From Lama guanicoe (Eukaryota), in the NCBI GenBank assembly GCA_013239625.1, contig MU053873.1:1750524-1814523 (forward strand): a stretch of DNA of 64,000 nt, given 5' to 3'. A program made the position numbers and the translations under genes. Below are positions 52,713-64,000 of the stretch, piece by piece; position 1 is the first letter of the stretch, and every line of letters starts with the position of its first letter. Under the pieces are notes generated by a model that saw nothing but the letters and a program-made list of their open reading frames with translations, was not told where the DNA came from and ran no database searches.

Positions 52713-55700
52713 CAACTCTTTAAAAAAAAAAAAGACTTGCCTTTCAGTGCATTTAGCTATTTTCACTTTGAATGCCATTTCATTATTTGAGTGTCGAACA
52801 GTGTGGCACTTTATCATTGTTTTAAACCACCAATGTGTATCTTAAAGTTACTGCTCTTTTGAAAGATACTTTTTGCTAAATGTCAGCCTTGGAACACTGA
52901 TGAGACTTGGTTTAATTTATTTAGGCATGTACATTTTGGTCACACTTTTAAGCAGTGCTTGTTTCTTGTGCTCTAGGAAGGATTCGGGCATATCTTTTCT
53001 TTTGATCAGACATTCTGTGAGACTGTGTCCAGATGTTATACATTTGAGTAGATAGCTTTGGCAGCATGTGCTTTATTGCACTGCCTTTAAAAAAAAACTT
53101 CATAATTTTAAAGAAATGTAAGAATCATAAAATACACTTTCTAAATAATCTTTATAAGATTAGATATTTTTTCTCTTTAAAATTAGAAACATGGTGAAAT
53201 CTGACTGGAAAAATTTAAATATTAGATCAGGCTTTATGAAATTGTTAATGTTTGTTAGCTTTTGAGCTACAGAAATGACTTTGGGGTCATCCTAACAGAT
53301 CTTTGAAATTAAGCTCTGTCTCTGATAACCCAAAGTGGTCAGCACTGACTCCGCTCCTGGTCCTTCCCTCACAGCTTTCAAAAAAACTCCTGCATCTTAG
53401 ATGTTACTTTTGTTCCAACTGTTGCCTCTTCCTAAGAAGGGCTTTCTGCTTCCCAGGGCTGTGGCTACCCGGTTCTTTAGCCCTGAAAAGAGCTTTTGTT
53501 TATTAGAAGTCTGTGGCTGAGATCCAGCAAGTGGGAGGAGAGCCTGTGGCTGCCAGAGGCTTCTTCGGTTCCCTTTGGCAGGGGCAGACCCTCGGTCTAC
53601 AAGAGCACCTCTTCCTTCTGCCATTAGAATGAACCTAGACATTCATTTCTATCTTAAAAGGGTGTAATTTATCCCTGGTGTTTGTGCAAGAGCTCCAAAA
53701 GCTCTTTATTAAATAAAGCTCCTAACTTGTAGTAGTAGCCTCCTTGAACTCAAACCAAAGCAACTCAAGTACAGGTTTTGAGGTAGCAGTGGTTTGGTTT
53801 TGCTAAAGAAACTTCCACTTGCCGAAGACTTGTCTCATCTCACTTCGCTGTGCTGTGATGCAAACCACTGTAAGATCCTTTTTGTAGTAAGTTACAGAGG
53901 TCTTTTCCCCCCCATTCTCAAGGAAGATATAAATAAATGTAAGTGTGGTTCTTACTAAAAAGAAATGTGAAAGTGTTCCCCACTTTATTCTGCTGCCTTA
54001 CATGGTCAAGTGCTTTCAGAACACTTAGAAGACTTGCATCCAGTGATGGATTTAGAAAATGTCCTGTGTATTTGAAGGCATAGCTGGATGGCAGTGCCCT
54101 CTTGTGGGGAAAAAAACACATTGCTGAGATTTAAGCAAGCATGAAATAAGCAAGGATTTTTAAAATTTCTCTGAAAAATCTGCATGTATGAGCTTACGTT
54201 ACACAAAATACTTTTTCCTCTAGAACCCATTATTGCTATTTATTTCTAACCTCTTCCACGTTTTCAAAGTAAAAAAAGTATAGTGAGGGTGGTGGTGAAG
54301 GTGGTCGGGTGTAAAGAGTTCTTGCTCCAGTTCCTGGGTGGGGGAAACATTGGTTAAGAGTTTGAATTTTTTTTTTTGAGCAGCTGATGGCAGATATTTT
54401 TAAAGAAATTAGTATAAACAATTCCAAATCAAGTTTTTAAAGTGTATTCCTTATAAAAGCTCATTCTGGCAGTGTAATCTTTCTTAAAGAATATTCTTTA
54501 GGCTGAGAGGAGCAGAGGTCCTTTCAGGTACTTGAGTCTTATCTAGTGATAAAGTATAAATCACATTCCATTTTTGCAGTAATGTACCATTGTGCCTGGG
54601 GGTCCACAGAGCAGCATCTGAGTCCCGGCTCTTCTGCCCAGCCCTGGTAGACTTGGGTGAGAGATTTCACTTCCTCACCCCCAGTGGCTACGGTCGTACC
54701 TTTGTTCCAAGATTGTAAGGGTTAACTGGGGAATGTGTGTACCTGGCACATAAATAAGTTTTCCAAAAATAGTAGCAAGAATGATGCTGCTTATCAGATT
54801 TTGCTCTTGCTATAAAAAATTTATTTTTTTTCCTGTAATTATTTCCTATTTAGTTTTGTTAAATTAGTGCTAATGGGTTAAATGGGGTCCTGGGACTTAG
54901 GGACAGCTGTGCCTGAAGGCGAAATCTTGAACCAGCATGGACATTTTACTGGAGAGGGCTCACTCTGAATTTTCAAAAGGACATTTCCCCCTGGATTTTA
55001 GTTTAAAGAATTTGATGTAGTATGTTCTGTGATCTACTGACATTATGTTAAAACTTTCCTAAGCATTTTATTTTAGGCATATGTGATTCAATTTTAAAGT
55101 ATACAATGTTTAACAATCATATTTAACAAAACTGACTTGTTAGTATTTTGAAACATGTTTCATTGATGGTCAGAGTTTAAAATATCTTCATTTTTAAATG
55201 CTATAATGTATAAATATAACAATAAATATAATGTACCAGTAACAAATATGTTGTATATTTGTGCATGAAACACTGGCTCACCCAAACCAGTAGCCCACCC
55301 ATCCCTGAGGGGAGGTCTTGGGAGTGCCCACAGCCCTGTGCTATCCAGGAACGCCCTTTCTGGAGCCCAGCCATTTGGTTTCCCTGCTGGGTCTGTCGTG
55401 TCGGGCTTTTGGTTGTAACTTTTTCTCATAGCTGAAACTCTGATTTTTTTTTCCCCCTCTATTAATTTGTAACCTTCCAAAGGCTTTGGGGGTCTACCTC
55501 CGTAAACATGACAGTGTTGGCAGTCTCTGGCTGTGATTCGGATGAGATGAGAAGGGATGGAAGAGGCGATTAGCCTGGCTGTGCTCTAGCCCAGCAGTGC
55601 TCTGGGCTGTGGCCACCTTTCAGCACAGATCTCTGTTGACAGCCTCTGCCCTCCTTCCCTGTCCGCCCTGCTCTCCCGCCCCAGCTCCCTGTGCTGGGTC

Positions 55701-57546
55701 TCTGTGAGATTAAAAAGATTACAAGAAAGTGTTCTGTTTGGGTGTGTAGGTTTGACTGCATTTCTCAGTTCTCAGTGCAGTTGTTTAAAAATTCAGCTTT
55801 TAGGATTCATTGGTGGAAAGCCAGTAAGGATTAATGAGAGGGCTGAATTAGAGAATATTTTTAATGCAGTTTTGTTCCTCTGAGGTACATTCAGTAACAG
55901 AAACTAGGCCAACAAGTTATTGACAATTAGTGGTCCTTTGGGAGTCTGCTTTAATGAATAGATAAGAATGATTTGTAATTAGCATAATAATTATATGCAA
56001 ATGCATGCTTCTGAATTGCTCTAAAACACTTCTGAACTGTTTAAACGGCCCTCCTGAGATCTTGTTACTCTATTAATTTGTGTAGCAAATCTTTTTTTCA
56101 TAGATCATGCAAAGATAAACTTCAGTCCAGCCCCTGTCCGAATTATTATGAATTCCAAGGTGGTAGGACCTGAATTAATGAGATTTACTTATACTATATT
56201 AATGGTACTCTGTGGGAACCTGAAAGGGTGAGGAGTCACTGGGGAGATGTAATTAAAAATAGAAAAGAAAGCTGCTTATTTGAAAATAACTGTTGAAATG
56301 AGTTTCTTAAACAAGTTAGTAAATGTTATTTCTCTTTACACCTCTGTTACTTGCTATTGCAAAATTTAATGCAAACTTTTTTTTTTTTTAATGGGCTTTC
56401 CCTTTGGAGTCTGGCTTAAGATTTTCAGCTCAGTTATGCACGAAGGTCAGCGGTGATAGGATCTAGGAACTCCTTTTTTCCAAATGCCACAGGACTGAAA
56501 AATTCAGGGCAGTGCTAATAAAAGCTGTTTGTTATTTATCTTCATATTTAATTCAGTCTTTTCCCTTAGCCTCATCTTCACTTTTAGGATGTGATTGGAG
56601 GAAATGAACTTCGTTAAGTTGAGTGGTAGTACCTGTGCACCTTAAACTTAGTGATTACCTTTGAGCTGTTTGAATAGATACCTATTTAATCATCTTACGC
56701 CAAAGGAAAGCAGGCTACAGGATCCTAACGTCTCTGTCCAGTTTTCCTGTTTACCATGTAGAGTTGTTTCTCTTTCCCGCGGTGGGGGGGGGTTGGGGGT
56801 GACCTGGTGGGTGCTGTTTTATAAGCAGGTGTTGAGGAGTTGCTAACACAACATGTGGGTTGGGTGCTCTTTTCCTTGGTTTACCTGAGCCTCACCTGTG
56901 GTAACCGAGGCACAGTTCTTTAAACAGTTTCTGGTATTGGAGCTTATCTTGATTTTTCCACAAGCTGTCAAGAAACACCAACCATCCTGCCCCCGCCGCC
57001 TACTCATTTCCCCATTCATAATCATGAGTTCAGTATGGGCTCAAGGACGTTTGGGTTGGCTCAGCACAGATTTCTGTACTTGCATTTTGGGGGACAGCCA
57101 CTATGCTAAAAGATTCATAAAACTCTTATTCTTTGTCTCCAAAATGAATCTGGTTTCTGTTGAGAGTTTCTATTGAGAGCTGTAGTGAGTAACAGATGTA
57201 CACCCAAGAGGTAGCACAACTTTTGTATTCCAGTGACAGAAAACAGTTATTTATAAGAATTTAATGAATGTATTCTGTGGCTCCAGCATGGAGACTCAGT
57301 AATCCATTTATTTACCATAGTATATTTTATTTGTTCTCCAAGAGTGTCTTGACTTTCACTTGCCTCCTTTTTTACTTAAATAAGAGTTTTCAATTAAATA
57401 GAGTTGTATTAACACTAATCCGAATCTACCTTATGCTGCTACCATTGCTTTTTTTTTCTGTTGTTCAGGCACTAGCATTGGTGGAGTGAGCAGTGTCTGG
57501 GGACATTACACCTAACTTGATAATGATGGTTTTACTAAGCCTTATC

Positions 57547-59793
57547 CTGGCCAGGCCTCTGGGCATTATACAGATAATTAAAATTTGATCATAAAAAATT
57601 TTTAAACACAATGCACCTTAGCAATAAGATTTTTCTACTTCCAAACATGATTTTTAAAACTCATTTTAAAAATACATTTCCTTGGCTTAGTGAATTTGCT
57701 TTCTTTTTTTTTTCCCAAGGATTACAGAAAGTGCATAGCAAATTCAGCCTTCAGAATACCCAGGAGCTGAAGACTCAAGTAGGCTACAGCTGTCTTCACC
57801 CACAGTATTCTAAAAGAACTAATGAGATGAGAAGTCTGCAGCTGGTGGCAAGCACAATAAACCATGAGCCAAGGGCTTCTCTTCATCAGAGCCTCCCCTT
57901 TCCCCATGGGATCCCAAAGGAGACAGAATACTAACAAAGCCAGCAGGCTGTCTCATTCCACACTATTGCTCATTTGCAGCTATAATTGGTAGCTGAGGTT
58001 GCATTCTGTATGCTGAAACTGTCATACATGAAGGAATATATTTGTTCATTGTGATACGGATATAAATCGGCCAGTTTTCAAATACAGAAAGACCAAACTA
58101 GATACCCAGCAATAAAACTGCAGCAGAGACACTATTCAAAAAATTAAATGTTTGTTACATTGAAGCACAAAACAGGTTGTTAAAAAAATCACACCCGCTT
58201 CTGCTTTTTAATATCTTGCTACTTAATTCAACTGATTAAACATTTACGTATTCAAACTATCATTAAAAAGCACAAAAATTCCTAGGTTTTGACAAGATGC
58301 ATTATCCTCATCTGTCAAGGTTAAGGTGCTATTGTTAGTAATTGGGTTTTGTTACATTCCCAGTGTATCTTTAGTGTTTGCCGCTTTGTATTCAAGAGAA
58401 AAAAGCAGAGGGAAGACCTGGCTTTGGAGATGGATGTATATGTATGTATGTGTGATATTTTATATGTACACACTCAAACCTAATAGGAAAATCCACTTTG
58501 GTCTCTCTGGTGCTGCTGCTGCTTGGCATTTTTGAAACGTGTTTTGCGTATCTGGCATTTGTGGGCACCCCTCCTCCATCTCTGTACTAGAATGAGCCCT
58601 GGTCAGAGAGTGAGGAGACTTGTGTTCAAGTCCAAGCGTAGGGGAGCCACACCACCTCCTTATCAGACTGAGGTGTCCTCATCTGTGAGGTGAAGCGGCT
58701 TGTGTGGTCTTCAGGGTGCAGTTCACATCTATAATTTTGTGACTCCATAGTTTAGAAAAGTTACCCAGTGAACAGTTAGCACTAATAATGAAGGTTTGGA
58801 AATAAACTTTCTGGAATAGTATATTAGGTCCAGAGTGGAGAACTTTTAAAGTGTTATTCCATGATCTTCATTCAGTTAATTAACCTATGTCAAATAGGTA
58901 TTAAAAATCCCTGACGTTGTCACCCTGGTATGGAGGTGGGTGGAGTTAGGAAGGAGAAAGGAGTGTTGTCCAAAAGTCCTTCTAACCCATCCGCTCACAT
59001 TTTCACGTTCACTGGTGCCATAATCCGTTATGCTTAGGTCCATCTTCTAGGGCGAGTCACCCCTTTAATTCACCTCTATGTGAAAATAATTAATGCTGAC
59101 TGTAATTTAGACCAAGCTTGGTTTTCTGAAATTCATAGCAATTTTTAATTCTTAAAAATTTAATTAAGTTAAATTTTCCTAAACTCAGTACCTTGGTTTG
59201 TGTACTACCCTTTTGTATATTGCCAGCCTTACTGATACTTGTGCACACTTTGCTCTGTGGATTTTGTTTTTTCGGTCAGCATATTCAGAATCCACAGAGA
59301 TAGTCCTGCAGTCTCTGTTTTGTCGGTTCTAAGATCCCCTCCTCCCTATATTTCCCCTCATATTTTAATATATTCAGAGTCAGGATTTTGTCTTCCAGTT
59401 GTGGCATGTTTTATTGGCTTAGTGTTTTCCTTTTAATGGTACATAAAATAATGGAGCATTCTGTAACTGGCAGCCTCTTAAATTCAGGAAATGCGGTGTT
59501 TACTATTCAGCTTATGCCAGGCTCAATATCTAAGATTTTGTGAAAAACAAAGATAAAAACTTGAGCATCATGCCCCCACAGTAAGGTCACACCCCAGTGA
59601 GTAAAAAAGAAAAAAGAAGTCTTTTTCCCTCAAATGGGATGAGCTGTTACATGAACTGGCCAGGCCTCTGGGCATTATACAGATAATTAAAATTTGATCA
59701 TAAAAATTTTTAGCACAATGCACTTTACCAATAAGAGTTTTCTACTTTTAAACATGATGCTACAACTCATTTTAAAAATACATTTCCTCGGCT
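57547..59793. repeat. ~140-bp dispersed direct duplication (57547-57687 and 59656-59793)
   Basis: Both copies start ctggccaggcctctgggcattatacagataattaaaatttgatcataaaaa and end actcattttaaaaatacatttcct(t/c)ggct. Confidence 0.95.
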
Positions 59794-61795
59794 GGTGTCA
59801 GCTGGTTTCAGTTCTGACCGTAACCCTTCTCTCCACTCTCTGTTGGCAGTTAATGTGTACTCCCTGGGGTTTCCGCTACCTTTTCTTTGCTTTCGCTCTT
59901 TCTTTCCTCCCAGCTAGACTGTAACTTTCTGGAAGCTAAAGCCAGGTGTTGACTTTCCTCATGTCCTTAGACCCCTTGGACTATGTCTTAGCATCATGCA
60001 CACTGCATGGCGCACGTGTAGTGCACCTTCTGCCTGATGGATGTTGAATAAATAGACCTTGAGTTGAGGAAGATGATGTCAAAAGTGATTATTTGATATA
60101 CTGTTGAATATTCTCAGTTTGGAAGAACAGTGAGCTTGTCTCTGGGTTTCCAAGCCTCTGACCTAGAAGAAAATGTGTTCCAGAGTGAGTTGGCCACCTA
60201 TGTTGGCAGGGCAGCCGATTTCTCACTGTGAAACCAGGTCCTGAGACCACCTGTGCAGTTGATCCTTTTCTCAGTCTGCAGTGAGGCTGTTAATTTTTAG
60301 GGTGCAGTTCTAAAGTGGAATTTAAGAATCACGTTAGCTGGCAGTAACTGAACTTTCTGCTAATGTGCCCAGACACACCAACAACCGGAGTTGTCCAACT
60401 CCTTGCCGTCGGCTCATCGCGGTTTGTTGTTGCTGGCTAAAGCCGACTGACCCAGTGCCTGTGGCTGCACTGTGTTGCGTATTTTAAAGCTGTAAGACCC
60501 AGGGTGGCCGGCGAGGCTTGCCCATATAATAATTTTAGCCCTTTGTGGGGCTTTTGTAGCTGCTTAGAAAGACAACATTTAGACAGGCTTCAGGTTTAGG
60601 GGTCACATATTTGCCCAGTTGTTTTTAACGTTTTGTTGTCTACCTGAACCTCACATATTTCCTTCCTCACATAATTTATTTAAAACTTTCTCTTTAGGAA
60701 TTACTAACATGTCATATGCATTTACTGAGGACTTTTGAGTCTTGATTGGCTGCTTCTCGGCATGTTTTCTTTGGTTTGTGAAAGTTTGTATTATGCTTTT
60801 GGAGCATGTTCCCTGCTTGCACTGCCCTTATCTCTAAAGCAGTGATTTTTCAAATTTGACTTGTCTGGGCATTTTTCTCAAAGTATGTGGTCCCTCCACA
60901 AATGCTGTGAAGGACCCCTGGTTTAGAAATTCTGCTCAGGAAGGAAGGGGCTCTCCCTTTGTAGTGTTTTCAGCTGACCTCTGTTCTCTGTTACTACTAC
61001 AGCTCATTTCTTTTTTTAAATCTGGATGTTAGCTCTTCAAAAGTAACTTGCTACTTCTTTCTGTAGATCGTGTGTATGTACATGTATTACTGACCAAAGA
61101 ACTTTGTAAAACAGAATTAAAAAGATTTACTCCTTTCATGTTTTCTGTGCTATCAGGAAGAGGATATTAAGGGAAACAGGCTTTACACACACAAGAACCT
61201 TTCATAAAACCAGAGTTGGGGCTCTTCCCTCTGGCATGATGTAACTGAGGCAGTCCCACTGTGGAGTCATAAGCCTCTCCCCCACCTCAGTTGGCCGTGC
61301 AGGGGCTGACAGAAGTGTGGTCCCTAAGGTCTGTGTCCCCCATGAACATGCCAGAGAGTCCATGGTTCTGATCTGTTCCCAGTCACAGTAGTCTGGTGTC
61401 GTGATCGCTGGGTATTGTCCGCACTGGGATGGATCTGCTTTATTTCTTGAATGTAATTATAATATATATCAAAATGCTGAAGCTGCTGAAAATTGTCGGA
61501 AGATTTGTTCTTGGAGATAACTATCCAGCAACTAGTCATGGTGGACTGCTAGTCAAGACTTTTTATTATTTTTTATTATGTAGTTGTTTTGCCTCAAGGC
61601 ACAAGTTTAAAGCAAAGAGAACCAAACTGAGAACTTCATGTCGTGTAGAAACATTTTCCTGCGTTTATGCAAAAGCACAGTACGCCCAGTCGGGTTCTGT
61701 CATGTGTCTTAGTAGCTGCAAAGGGCTGTTCTGGCAAGGTGAAAGAATTTTCTCTGGTTTTCTTCTCTGCCTCTGACTTTGTTTTGCTTTTGCAG

Positions 61796-61873
61796 GACTA
61801 CAAAGCTGATGAAGACCCAGCATTATTCCAGTCAGTCAAGACCAAGAGAGGCCCTTTGGGACCCAACTGGAAG
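61796..61873 (+). CDS. PITPNB: PITPNB coding exon 8 ([26 protein letters not shown]); gene continues beyond the window
   Basis: tgcAG acceptor, 78 nt, AAG|GTACTG donor. Contains the RGPL motif and Ser165. Confidence 0.97.
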
Positions 61874-64000
61874 GTACTGGATGCTGACCTTTTTGACAGG
61901 CAGAGTCTTGGCAGCAGAACACTTGACAGGTCCTGAGTCTGGAAGAGCTGGTGACGTTTAAGTGAAAAATAGAAATGGCAAAAAATAGTTCTATTTGTGA
62001 TAAGGACTCACAGCCAGTTGCAGTTGGCCAGCAAGTCTGTGCTGCATTAACAAACAGAGCCAGACTGTCACTTTCAGCATAATGCTATTCTGATAACTCT
62101 TAAAAGAGACAAGTGATTTAGTCTTTGGGGATTGTAATGCTCTTTTGAGACTTGAAGCAGTATAAAAATCCATGTTAAATGAAGGTTGACCGTTCAAATT
62201 TAGTCTTAGTAAAAACTGAGCAAGTTCCCCTTCCCCGGGCTCATGTTCCTGGCCTTTTAATAGTTGTATTTTGGAAAGCAGGGTACCAGAGAACAATTTT
62301 GATGGCAAGTAGTTGTTTTCTAATCAAGAGCACATCCTTACTTTATTCATGGCAGTAAGAACAGCAATGTTAAGGTGATAATTAAAATTGCTATAGAAAT
62401 ATAATGGATTTTAAAGACATCCACTAAACTAAATGACAGACCCTTAGAGAAGGCTTAATGTGTTGATGGCAAGTTATTACAGTTAATTTGACAGAAGAAG
62501 AGGAGCATAAAAACCTAAACATGCCCAGAGCAGATTTTCCACCAACAGGATTTTACTTGGTAACCAGTCTGTTTATGCTGAAGACAGTCACAGGTCATCG
62601 GTAAATGACGTCTAGGTGCTAGTTGCTGCCTGCAGACAGGAGATTACTGCCCCACAGTAACCCCGTGAGTGGTTCTCTATGGGTGTTGGACTGTTTTGGA
62701 CTGTCTTGCACATCAATTAAAATGAAGAATGAGTCTGACTTCTATACGAAATGGTTCATAATTATCTTATTTCACATTTGTTCTCCGGGTAGAGTTTGGT
62801 TCAAGATTCTCCTGGTTTTAATGGCCATGACTGGAGACTTCTAATACCCAGAAAGTGATAGATGCCACCTACAAATTAAGGAACAAGTTCAGTATGCATG
62901 TTCTAAATTTACTCTGATGGATTAAAAAAAATTTCCCCACCCTTTTCCAGATTTTTAGCTGTGAACTGTAGAACTCACCCTGGGTGAGAGGAGAAGCCTT
63001 CCTCTGACATTTAACACTGGCCTTAAAGGAGAGTCATGCTAGAGCGGGCGAGTGGCTGCTTCTAAGGTTGCTGTATCTTCTAAAAGGCTGTCTGGCCCCG
63101 ATAAGTACCAACTTTAGCTGATGATATTTTCAGGGAATAGAGGGGCGTGACGTTGAGACTCGGTTTGCTTTGTCTTTTATTGTCGGTTAATGGTTATTTA
63201 AAAGTCTAGAATAGGTTTAGTTTTTAGAAATAATATGAATTTTACATTTTTCCAGGTTTCAATAATCAGTTTTTTACCCAATTTTGTACAGGGGGAGGGG
63301 GCCGATAAACGATAGCTTGAATGCTGGCTGACAGTGACGCCTTTCTACCCACTTGCCTGTTGGTTGTTAACTTGAGCCAGATGATGGTAGATGCCACTGC
63401 TCCTAGGCTGGGTTACTGTTGAACTGAATTTCAGTAAGTTACCATGATCTCAGAAATAACTAGGGTAACCAAGAATAACTAATTAGACCATCACTTACTG
63501 CTGTGATAGAAAATGGGGAGTAAGCCAACGGCTAGCTGACAGTGCGGCATACAGAAAAACAGGAGCCTGTGGACTGACTTGATCTTAGCAGCATCGCCTG
63601 CAGCTGCTCAGGCCCCGATTGTCAGTACCTGTACCCGCCACGGCACCAAAGAGCCCTGGGGAGGGAAGATGGTTGGAGATTTCTATACTTCTGAAATATG
63701 AGAGTAAGGAAGAAATAACTAAGGTAAAAAGGAAGAAGGAATCCCGTTCTGGACCCATGATTGTAAGACTGCTCCAGTGTAAGTGCTGCCTGGTAGTCCC
63801 ACGCTGCTCCAAAGGCCCTCCGTGTCCCTCAGCAGAAACTCACCTCCCCAGCACAAGTTCCAGAGTGTTTTCACAGCTAAGGGCACAGCCCGTGGTCTCT
63901 TTGAAACTTTCCCTAACTTATCCCACAGTGGTATTTTCCTTCTCAATTACTGCTGTATTTACTGCTTGTCTGCTCCAGACTGGATGAGGGAAAAGAAACT

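Noticed and set aside
1..64000. CRISPR arrays, operons, prokaryotic defence systems
   Set aside because: The sequence is mammalian intron/intergenic DNA. There are no regularly spaced repeat-spacer arrays or long intronless genes.

Overview
Mammalian genomic DNA, most likely camelid (alpaca/camel), judged from three copies of a camelid-type tRNA-derived SINE. The right part holds the 5' portion of PITPNB (phosphatidylinositol transfer protein beta) on the + strand. A CpG-island promoter (~24.8-26.2 kb) is followed by coding exons 1-8 (25596-61873), which splice into an uninterrupted 178-codon frame ([24 protein letters not shown]...[10 protein letters not shown]) and include an 8-nt microexon. 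The gene continues beyond the window. The left 24 kb is rich in old L1, Tigger, MER, MIR and L2 elements. By human synteny it should lie between the TTC28 3' end (a 3'UTR-like stretch with ATTAAA at the extreme left) and PITPNB, where human has the divergent lncRNA TTC28-AS1. The most interesting signal is a chain of about 11 minus-strand exon-like segments in the non-repeat islands of this interval. It includes three ~90-nt GT-AG mini-introns, two stop-free exons whose lengths are multiples of three, and a three-exon in-frame junction, and L1 orientation flips at the promoter. This is compatible with a spliced divergent transcript that may be the fossil of a lost protein-coding gene, but that is a hypothesis and I have not verified it. 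Repeat family names and boundaries are from visual recognition and are approximate.
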